Below the pieces are notes generated by a model. That model was not told the DNA's origin and ran no database searches. It was given only the letters and a program-made list of their open reading frames with translations. Below, one piece after another: positions 1 through 7,944 of a stretch of 64,000 bases of DNA. This stretch comes from Candidatus Latescibacterota bacterium (GTDB taxonomy: Bacteria > Latescibacterota > UBA2968 > UBA8231). The stretch covers positions 1,984,001-2,048,000 of the forward strand of contig CBDETK010000013.1 of assembly GCA_965242865.1 (NCBI GenBank), written 5' to 3'. A program made the position numbers and the translations under genes. Within the stretch, counting starts at the first letter, position 1, and each line of letters starts with the position of its first letter.

Positions 1-1
1 A

Positions 2-301
2 GCCGCTGGCGAGGAAACCACCATTTTTCCGAATGATGCCACGCCCGAACCCCTGCGAGAGCTGTTTTCTGAAGCGAGCGGGTTTATCTCCATTTCCCCA
101 GACCGCCGCCGGGTTATCGTCACCTACTCCGCCGAAGGCATCGCCGTTGAAGTTCGGCTCGCCGATGGGGCGGTGCTGGCCGTGTTCACCAATCTACACG
201 ACATATCGCACTTGGATTCGGCCTCCCCCCCAAAAAAGGCTATCGTTGTAATACCGTTGAATTGCGTAAAATACATTAACCGCAAGGGAGTGAGCAGATG
301 A
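2..301 (+). CDS. 5'-truncated CDS, probably the C-terminus of an arylsulfotransferase-like beta-propeller protein
   Basis: Frame 2 is open from the window edge to TGA at 299-301 (...LFSEASGFISISPDRRRVIVTYSAEGIAVEVRLADGAVLAVFTNLHD...). The stop overlaps the next ATG (ATGA). The family guess rests on loose resemblance and the sulfotransferase neighbour. Confidence 0.45.
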   Translation, partial: AAGEETTIFPNDATPEPLRELFSEASGFISISPDRRRVIVTYSAEGIAVEVRLADGAVLAVFTNLHDISHLDSASPPKKAIVVIPLNCVKYINRKGVSR

Positions 302-537
302 TCGTTGAAACGACCACACAAATCATTAGCGGCGTCGTATCTTTGGGCCTCATCGCTGCATATATCGGCCTCGGTTCGGGGTTGGCATCTATCGGCGCCT
401 TGCTGGCGGTCGGCGGAACCGCAATCGTCATGCTCGTCGGCCTCGTCTGGTATCCCATCAAGCAGGTCCTCCGCAAGTGGAGCGCGCGCCGCGCAAACGA
501 GACCCCAGACGATGAGCCGCCAGCGCCGACTGGCTAA
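298..537 (+). CDS. small membrane protein (AYIG.G.G motif)
   Basis: 79 aa with two hydrophobic segments and an AYIGLGSG...WYPIK pattern; GGGAG RBS; tightly coupled to both neighbours. Confidence 0.65.
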   Translation: MIVETTTQIISGVVSLGLIAAYIGLGSGLASIGALLAVGGTAIVMLVGLVWYPIKQVLRKWSARRANETPDDEPPAPTG

Positions 538-539
538 TC

Positions 540-1631
540 GTGCCATTCCAAGATCGCTATTCCAAGCTGGACCGGCTCCTGCACCGCTGGGCCTTTTCCT
601 CCGTTGAAATACAAAAGGCCCTGGCCGATGTTGAGGCCCGCCTCTACGCCCGGCACTTGGCTGGCATTGAAATTGACCGGCCGGTATTTATCACCGCGCT
701 TCCGCGAGCGGGCACCACCCTCTTGCTTGAAACGCTGGGTTCGCTGGCTACATTCGCCACCCATACCTACCGGAACATGCCGTTTTTGCTCATTCCTCTC
801 CTGTGGAACGCCCTTTCGCGCCGCTTTCGCGCACCCGCTGCGGTTGTCGAGCGCGCCCACGGCGACGGCATGACCATCGGCTTTGACAGCCCCGAGGCGT
901 TTGAAGAAGTGGTGTGGCGGGCGTTTTGGCCCGAAAAATACCTCGACGATCGCATCGCTCCGTGGATGGCGACCGACGAGGATGTTCATCGAGAGTTCGG
1001 GCCGTTCATCAAATCCCACCTCGCTAAGATGATCGCCCTAAGAACGGAGAAAAAACCGACGGCGGTTCGCTATCTCTCAAAAAACAATGCCAATATATCC
1101 CGCATTCCCAAAATCATTCAGTTGTTTCCCAATGCCATCGTCCTCGTCCCGTTCCGCAATCCCCGCGACCACGCCGCCGCCCTGTTGCGGCAGCATCTCA
1201 ACTTCCTGAAAATCCACGCGGCCGAGCCTTTTACCCGGCGGTATATGGCGGACATCGGCCATTTCGACTTGGGCGCGAACCTCCGCCCGATTGATTTTGG
1301 GCACTGGTTGAGCCGGGAGGATGCAAAGCCCACCCATACCGCAGACTTTTGGCTCAACTATTGGTGCGCGGCCTACGCGCATATCCTCGCCCAGCCCCAC
1401 CCCAACCTCCTACTCGTCAGCTATGATGCGCTTTGCGCCAATCCCGGCCCAATCCTGCGGCGCGTCGGCGATGCGCTAGGCATGGATAAACCAACGGAGC
1501 TGGTCGCCCTCGGCGGCCGGTTTCGCCGGCCGACCCGCTACGATGCCGATACATTGAACATCGATCCACGCCTGCTCGGCACGGCCTCCGCACTGCACCG
1601 CGAATTACAAAACCGTTCTTATGAGATTTAG
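540..1631 (+). CDS. PAPS-dependent sulfotransferase
   Basis: 5'-PSB loop FITALPRAGTTLL, SKNN, 3'-PB motif FRNPRDHAAAL, and VSYDALCANP. Confidence 0.85.
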   Translation: MPFQDRYSKLDRLLHRWAFSSVEIQKALADVEARLYARHLAGIEIDRPVFITALPRAGTTLLLETLGSLATFATHTYRNMPFLLIPLLWNALSRRFRAPAAVVERAHGDGMTIGFDSPEAFEEVVWRAFWPEKYLDDRIAPWMATDEDVHREFGPFIKSHLAKMIALRTEKKPTAVRYLSKNNANISRIPKIIQLFPNAIVLVPFRNPRDHAAALLRQHLNFLKIHAAEPFTRRYMADIGHFDLGANLRPIDFGHWLSREDAKPTHTADFWLNYWCAAYAHILAQPHPNLLLVSYDALCANPGPILRRVGDALGMDKPTELVALGGRFRRPTRYDADTLNIDPRLLGTASALHRELQNRSYEI

Positions 1632-4000
1632 TAGGCCACGCTGATGATGCGGTGCCGGCTCGCGGCCCCGGCTTGGGCCTCCACCTCCACTCGGCACAGG
1701 TACGAACCGGGGGGCACTACGCGCTCGGCTTGGTCTTGGCCGCCCCACGTGTAGCGGTGGGATTGGTCGGGCTGGCGCTGGCCTTCGAGGGCGCGGACGA
1801 GCCGACCGTCGAGCGTGTAGATCTGCACTTGGACGGGCGCGTCCGTCTTTAGGATGTGGAAGCGGATTTCCGCTGCGTCGCCGATTCCGTCCCCATTGGG
1901 GCTGATGAACGCCTGCACCGAGAGGTTGGCGATTAGCTGATCGGTGTCCGGGACGCTGGGCAGATAGACGGTCGTGGCGGCGCGGCGCACCGGATCAACC
2001 GGCTGCCAGACCCCGAGCTGCCGCTCGTGGCCGACGAAGGCCCGGAAGAGGGCGGCGTTGCGCTCGACAACCGCGCTGAACGCCAGCGCGACTTCCTCGC
2101 GCCGCACCGTGCGATTGAGCTCCACGAGCAGGGAATCGCCGGCAACGCGCACTGCGGCCGGCTCGGCTGGGGCGTCCGCTATGGTCAGGACGAGGGCGGC
2201 GGGATCGACGGGCGAGGGCGTTTGCAGGAGGACGCGGTCAAACCCCGGGTTGAGCCGCTCTAAGGTCGGCGTGATGCGGAACGAGAACCGCTGCGCCACG
2301 CCCGCCTCGGCCGTGCGCGGCAACACCTCGCCGGTGACCTCGGCGAGGAAGGCGTCGGTAAATTCGATTTCCAAGGCGCGCACGGTCGGCGCCGTGGTCG
2401 GGCGGTCGGAGCTGAGGATGAGCTGAACTTGGACAAAGCGACGCGGGCTGGGGGACAGGAACTGCTCGCCGGAGTGCTGGTAAAAGTTGCTCCACTCGCT
2501 CCAGTCCGCGCCAATGCCGATGGTGCTCTGGGTTTCGCCCCGCAGTGCCTTGGGCATCTGGTCGTACTGCTCGGCCGTTACTTCGGTGCCATCCTTGCGG
2601 AAGTAGCGAAAATTTTCTTGCAGCGCGTCGCCCGAGCGCGTCCTCGCCTGAATGCGCGCGCCCGGGGGCAAATCGGCTTCCCAGCGCAGGGATTTGATCA
2701 CCTTGGCCCGGTTGTCGCCGGCGATTTTCCCCAAGTCGATGAAGTCCGAATTCATTTCCACTTGGGCCACGTGGCCCACCGCAAACACCAGCGTCTCGAT
2801 CAAAAAGCCGCTCTGGAACTCAAAGCTGGACTGCGCTCCGCCGCCGCCGACCCATTCGGCCGCGATAAAGCGGACGGGGCGCGGCGCAAAAAGATACGTC
2901 AGTTGGCCGGGGAACTCGGTCGAGGACGCGAGCAAGGCCGCTGCGTCGCCGATGAAGAGTTGGTCGAAATCGACTTCGCCGGTCAGGGTGCGACGCCCAT
3001 TGGAAACGCTCAAGCTATGGGTGCGAATTTGCGGCAGATTGGAGCCGTAGGTCAGGGTGCGGAGGAGAAAGTCCGAAGTGCGCATCACGATCCGGTCCAC
3101 CCAAAACAGCGCCCCCAAGTCCCAGTCCCAAGCGATGGGATCTTGACCGCGCTCCCGCCGTGCGCCCCAATCGGTATTGGCGTTGCCGTCGGCCATGTTG
3201 AAGGCAAATCCCCGGCCCGCGCGCTCCTGAATGGTGCCGCCGCGCGCCAAGGTCTGCAAGGCGACATTTTCGCCGATCGTATGCACTTCTACCTCGGCTA
3301 GGGCGGCGTCCGGCGTCTTGGCATCTACCAAAATCCTAATGTATTGCAGCAGATCATAGGTGGCGTCCGCAACGTCCTCCTCGCGGGTTTCCCACATCCG
3401 CTTGGCCTCCCGCACCAGCGGCTTGACATCGTAGGTCACCACGGTCTCGTCAATGGGCTTGGTCGTGCCGCCTATTAGGTGAAAAGAGAATATGTCTTGG
3501 CGCGTCACGCGGCGGCCCTCAGAGCCGAAAACGCGGAATTCGCGGAAGGGCCGCGCCCCCTCTTGATCCGGGAAGATGAGGCGAATCTCCGTCACCAGTA
3601 CGGCCCGGCCTAGGTTGATCTCGATCCACCAGTCGTCTAAGGGGGCGTCCGGGTCGGGTTGCCAGAAGGTGTGGGCGCGGCCGTCGATAGCCCGGCCGGC
3701 CGTTGCGAGGTTGGAGCCGGCCTTCCACGCGCCTCCGCGCCGCTCTTGGCCGCTCACCAGCTTGTGGGTGAACTCGCCGGCGTTGGCCGCGGCGTTGTGC
3801 CGGCCCTTGAACTCGACCGGGGTCACCGACCCGTCCGGGGAAAACGCGAGCGTGCCGGCCGGAAAGGTCCACTGCTGCCACTCGGCTTTGCGGTCCACTC
3901 GGTACACTGCTAGATCGGCCCGCTGGGTCTGGGCGTATGCCGCCAGCACCAAGGCCGCTAAACCCAAGGCCGCAAATAGGAGGAACGCACCGCGCTGCAT
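1628..4000 (-). CDS. secreted discoidin-like protein with a C-terminal FlgD-Ig/T9SS-like sorting domain
   Basis: Signal peptide; AIDGRAHTFW...WIEINLG discoidin-like segment; C-terminal ISPNGDGIGD...IYTLDGRLVR...WGG...VPPGSY...ISVAY. Confidence 0.75.
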   Translation of the reverse strand: MQRGAFLLFAALGLAALVLAAYAQTQRADLAVYRVDRKAEWQQWTFPAGTLAFSPDGSVTPVEFKGRHNAAANAGEFTHKLVSGQERRGGAWKAGSNLATAGRAIDGRAHTFWQPDPDAPLDDWWIEINLGRAVLVTEIRLIFPDQEGARPFREFRVFGSEGRRVTRQDIFSFHLIGGTTKPIDETVVTYDVKPLVREAKRMWETREEDVADATYDLLQYIRILVDAKTPDAALAEVEVHTIGENVALQTLARGGTIQERAGRGFAFNMADGNANTDWGARRERGQDPIAWDWDLGALFWVDRIVMRTSDFLLRTLTYGSNLPQIRTHSLSVSNGRRTLTGEVDFDQLFIGDAAALLASSTEFPGQLTYLFAPRPVRFIAAEWVGGGGAQSSFEFQSGFLIETLVFAVGHVAQVEMNSDFIDLGKIAGDNRAKVIKSLRWEADLPPGARIQARTRSGDALQENFRYFRKDGTEVTAEQYDQMPKALRGETQSTIGIGADWSEWSNFYQHSGEQFLSPSPRRFVQVQLILSSDRPTTAPTVRALEIEFTDAFLAEVTGEVLPRTAEAGVAQRFSFRITPTLERLNPGFDRVLLQTPSPVDPAALVLTIADAPAEPAAVRVAGDSLLVELNRTVRREEVALAFSAVVERNAALFRAFVGHERQLGVWQPVDPVRRAATTVYLPSVPDTDQLIANLSVQAFISPNGDGIGDAAEIRFHILKTDAPVQVQIYTLDGRLVRALEGQRQPDQSHRYTWGGQDQAERVVPPGSYLCRVEVEAQAGAASRHRIISVAY

Positions 4001-4014
4001 GATCTACTCCTTTT

Positions 4015-5964
4015 TTAGTACGCAACGGCCACCGCGCCGAGGCGCGTGAAACGCTCGCGCTCGGCGTCGGCCGTCACCTCGGCGAGGTACAGCCCCACGG
4101 GAACCGGGGTGCCGCGGTCGTCGCGGCCGTCCCAGTCCCAAACAAAAGAGCCGCTGCCCCGCGCACCGGCAAACAAGGTGCGCACCCGCTGGCCGCCGAT
4201 CGAGAAAATCCGCACGGTTAGCTGGACGGGCTGCTGGAGCTGGACCAAGGTGCAGGAAATGCGGACGCGCTCGTTGACCCCATCGCCATTGGGCGTCACC
4301 GTGGCCGGCTGCACCGCAAAAAACGGGAGCAGATTGCGCACCGAAGCGGCCGTGGTCAACACGCGTAGGTCGTTGGTCAGGACCGCGGGGTTGGCGTCCC
4401 CGGGCAGGACCTGCTGCGGGGCCTCGTCGCTTTGGGTGTCGAAGACTCGGGCGCGAAAGAACGTAGATTGGACGAAGACTTCGGCACTGAAAACCACGCG
4501 CAAGGCACTCGGGGATTGATGGGTCAGCCGTTGACTGGGGAAGAATAGCTTGAGGCTCCGCTCGCCCTCGACGACGCTGTCGGGCGCGGTCGCAACCGGC
4601 GGGTCGCCCGCGAACAGCTCCTCAAATCGCGGCCTAGCCGGCGTGAAAATCTCCAAGGCATCAAAGCCCACGTCCGTCTCGTTTATGTCGGCGCGGATGT
4701 CGTAGGCAAAGGTCGAGAGCGCGCCGGCCGGCACTCGGGGCTTATTGCCCGAAGGGCGGGGGGTTTCCAGCGCGGAGATTTCTCCGATTAGCTGCTGGGC
4801 CAACGGCGGGATGGAGTGCTCAACCGCCAGCGAGTTGACCCGGATGCCGTCGAGGATGGAGTGGCTGGTGAGGACGATTTCGAGCTGGAAGAAGCGACGC
4901 GGACTCGGCAGCTCAATCCGCTGGCCGGACTCCACGAAGGGGGGCGACCACTCGCTCCAGTTGACGGGGTCGTCTTCAACCGGGCCGCGCACGTTCAGGC
5001 CCAGCCGGCCGTAATCGCCTTCCGAGACTTCCCGCACATCGCCGGTGAAAACATTGACGATTTCGTAGAAGACCTGTGGGGTATCGTCGCGGCCCGTGCG
5101 CATGCGAATGGCGACCCGCGCATCGGCCAAGGGCTCGACGTCGATGCGGCCCTCTTCTTGGCGCAAGGGCTCGGCCTGCCACAACAGGCGGCTCAAGTTG
5201 GCCACTTCGCCCAAGTCAATGATCTTGGACCGATAGCGGCCCTCCGGGGGAAAGCCCGCTCCGTACACCTCAAACTCGGCGATCTCAAAGGGATTGGTCG
5301 AAGTGACGTTGAGCTGGATGTAGCGGACGAATTGCAAGGGGAAGGGGATTTGCGCCACGCTTTCCGTGGTGAAATCCACTTGGGTCAGCAGGTTGTACAC
5401 CGGCAGGTTTTCCGGCGTGAAGCGCACGCCGTCGCTGACCTGAATCTTGTAGCCGCGGATGAAGTCGTCGTCAAAGGGCCGCCCGCGGCTGTCAGCCCCG
5501 GCTGGGCGCGGGAAAAACGAGATGCGGTTGACCGGCAAGCGCGTGCCCAAGTCAAAGAAAAAGGCCCGGCCCGCTTGCAGCACCCCAAATTCCTTGAAGC
5601 GGTTTTCGCTGGAGGTCTGCACGTCGCCATCGACGAGCGGGGCATTGGTCTGCTTGAAGGGCACGTTGTCCCACACCCGCGCCTCGGCCGCCTCTTCGAC
5701 GAAATCCAAGGGAAAGCCCTCGGTCCATCTCAACTGCCGGACGATGTTGTCGTTGGGATTAAAACCCACCAATTGAATGGCCCCGGCCGCGTCGAAGCGG
5801 ATGGCCGTGGAGTTTAGCTCGTCGTCCTGCCAAGAGCGGCCCGCACCGCCCAATTCCCACAGCCGCACCTCGCCCGCCGCGACCATGGCCAACCACGCGA
5901 CTCCCACTAGCGCCTTAGCAGCACAAACCAGCAATTTGCACGCAGACAAAAGCAATTCCCTCAC
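4015..5964 (-). CDS. secreted protein with a C-terminal FlgD-Ig/T9SS-like sorting domain (paralog of 1628-4000 and 11806-13893)
   Basis: Signal peptide; SKIIDLG, RTGRDDTP and WSEWS motifs; VTPNGDGVNE...WDGRDDRG...VPVGLY...VAVAY. Confidence 0.75.
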   Translation of the reverse strand: MRELLLSACKLLVCAAKALVGVAWLAMVAAGEVRLWELGGAGRSWQDDELNSTAIRFDAAGAIQLVGFNPNDNIVRQLRWTEGFPLDFVEEAAEARVWDNVPFKQTNAPLVDGDVQTSSENRFKEFGVLQAGRAFFFDLGTRLPVNRISFFPRPAGADSRGRPFDDDFIRGYKIQVSDGVRFTPENLPVYNLLTQVDFTTESVAQIPFPLQFVRYIQLNVTSTNPFEIAEFEVYGAGFPPEGRYRSKIIDLGEVANLSRLLWQAEPLRQEEGRIDVEPLADARVAIRMRTGRDDTPQVFYEIVNVFTGDVREVSEGDYGRLGLNVRGPVEDDPVNWSEWSPPFVESGQRIELPSPRRFFQLEIVLTSHSILDGIRVNSLAVEHSIPPLAQQLIGEISALETPRPSGNKPRVPAGALSTFAYDIRADINETDVGFDALEIFTPARPRFEELFAGDPPVATAPDSVVEGERSLKLFFPSQRLTHQSPSALRVVFSAEVFVQSTFFRARVFDTQSDEAPQQVLPGDANPAVLTNDLRVLTTAASVRNLLPFFAVQPATVTPNGDGVNERVRISCTLVQLQQPVQLTVRIFSIGGQRVRTLFAGARGSGSFVWDWDGRDDRGTPVPVGLYLAEVTADAERERFTRLGAVAVAY

Positions 5965-6000
5965 TTTGTGGCGAAATATAGCCCGTTCTCACCCACCCCT

Positions 6001-7941
6001 TCAACCCCAGAAAATCACGTTGCCGACCATGCCGGTAGCGTGATCGACGAATAGAAAAAGGCCCCCCGGCACGATGTGCCCGGCGATCATGCCCATGAAA
6101 AAGGGGCGCGTCCGGCGGTAGAGCGCCACCCCGCCGTAGCGCAGCACCGCCACCTTAATGAGCCAAGCCAAGAACATGTCAAACCAGAGGTGATCCATGA
6201 TCACGGTCGGGCCGATGGGGTAGCCGAGGGGATGGAGGGGCCACCAGACATAGTACCAGCGCGCCAGCATCAAGAGCAGCATCGCGCCCGCCCCAATCCC
6301 GGTGTTGATCCAACCCCCTAAATGCGGCTCGCTCGGCGTGCGAATCAAGCCGGCCGCGTACTCGTAAAACCCGTGCTGCCCCCCGGGTATTTTCAGGTTG
6401 AGCGCCCCGTAGGAATAGCCCAGTTCCATAACCACCCACATCGACGAAACCATGCCGATGGCCATGGCCAACAGCATCGTCCAGAACAGCGGGCGTTTGG
6501 ACCCGCCTAAGCCCTCGCCCAATTTGAGGCTGTTGGCGGCCGAAGTCATGGCGAAGCTGCGCCCGGTGGTCCAGAAATAGGTCGTCGCCAGCACGACCAA
6601 GCCCTGAGCACCAATGGCCGAAGAGCCAACGGCCGAGACGACGATGGCGGCCGAGCCCACTGGGACCGAACCGTCCGAAAGCCCCCCTTCGGCGATCAGG
6701 CGGGTAAACCCCACAAAGAGCGCGGCCACGGCAAAGAGAAAGGCGAGGGCAATCCAGACCGGCAGGCCGGCCAGCGCGAGCCACGCCACGACCACCGCGC
6801 TGCTGCCCAGCAGAACGAGCGCGGCTGTCCGGTAGGAGAGGATTTCGCCGGAGTCATCGACCTTGGGATCCCCCCACAGCGCCTTGCGCCAGACCGCCCG
6901 CAGGTGCTTGCGAGCCGCGAACAGGCCGAACAGAAACAGGACCAGCATGCCGCCCATCGACTGGTGAACGAGGATCGGGTCGATGATCGAGTGCCCGCCG
7001 CCCAGCATCTCCGAGCTGGTGACGCCGAGGACCGCAAAGGTGGTGCGCAAGGCGTTGGCGAAGAGGTTAAAAAACCACAGGCTGAAGGCGATTTCGGTCT
7101 TGAGAAAGTAGAAAAAGCCGAGGATGTTGAAGCGGAATTTGAATTGCAGTTCGGACAGATTGTCGAAGATGGGTAGGATGAAGTGGATTGGATCTACATT
7201 GGTGGCGATGGGCACGGTTTCTGGAAAGTAGTTGTGCAGCCCGTGCAGCGTGCCCCAGACGGCCGGCACGGCAAAGCCCACCCACATCACTGGGTTTTTG
7301 AAGAATGGGGCCATGCGTTCCCCCCTGGCATCCTGTTCGGCGAGGGCCATGGGCACTTGCACCAGCGGATAGGTCAGCCGCTCGTAGTCGTTCCACTGCT
7401 TGCGCAAGATCGCCATCGCGGCAATCATCGCCAAAAACAAGGCCCACACCAAAGGAGCCCAGCGCAGGAAGATCGGCAGCCAGTCTGCCCACGGAATGGA
7501 CCGGCCCTGCTCCAAGCCCTCGTAAAAAGGCCCCATGACCGCTAGGTCGCGCGGCTGCAACCAGTCTGCTAGATGGGGCTGGATCAGGGTGTGCCAGTCG
7601 TTTTCCGGCGTGGCAAAGTAAAAGGGCGTGAGGATCGTGCCGATGAACCGGCCGGCAAAAAACACCGGCAGGGGCGAGGCCATGACCATCATTATATAAA
7701 TGAGTAGGAGCTCGCCGCGGTTCAGCCCGGCGCGTGGATGGACCCACTTGAGCAGCGGGTTGATCAAGCCGGCGAGGAAGAAGAGCAAGAACAGGGCGCC
7801 GACCGTGCTGGTCCCGAGCGTCATGTACGAGCCGCGCAAATAGAAGACCCCGTAGGAGTCGCCCGCAGCCACGAAAAACGTACACAGGCAGCCGAGGAGC
7901 AGGGCCTTGGGCGTAAAGGCTCCGGCCGCTGGGGCTCGCAA
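6001..7941 (-). CDS. polytopic membrane protein, DUF6785/DUF6784-like (putative transporter)
   Basis: Many transmembrane segments; RKQWNDYERLTYPL and WWPLHPLGY motifs. Confidence 0.75.
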   Translation of the reverse strand: MRAPAAGAFTPKALLLGCLCTFFVAAGDSYGVFYLRGSYMTLGTSTVGALFLLFFLAGLINPLLKWVHPRAGLNRGELLLIYIMMVMASPLPVFFAGRFIGTILTPFYFATPENDWHTLIQPHLADWLQPRDLAVMGPFYEGLEQGRSIPWADWLPIFLRWAPLVWALFLAMIAAMAILRKQWNDYERLTYPLVQVPMALAEQDARGERMAPFFKNPVMWVGFAVPAVWGTLHGLHNYFPETVPIATNVDPIHFILPIFDNLSELQFKFRFNILGFFYFLKTEIAFSLWFFNLFANALRTTFAVLGVTSSEMLGGGHSIIDPILVHQSMGGMLVLFLFGLFAARKHLRAVWRKALWGDPKVDDSGEILSYRTAALVLLGSSAVVVAWLALAGLPVWIALAFLFAVAALFVGFTRLIAEGGLSDGSVPVGSAAIVVSAVGSSAIGAQGLVVLATTYFWTTGRSFAMTSAANSLKLGEGLGGSKRPLFWTMLLAMAIGMVSSMWVVMELGYSYGALNLKIPGGQHGFYEYAAGLIRTPSEPHLGGWINTGIGAGAMLLLMLARWYYVWWPLHPLGYPIGPTVIMDHLWFDMFLAWLIKVAVLRYGGVALYRRTRPFFMGMIAGHIVPGGLFLFVDHATGMVGNVIFWG

Positions 7942-7944
7942 GGA

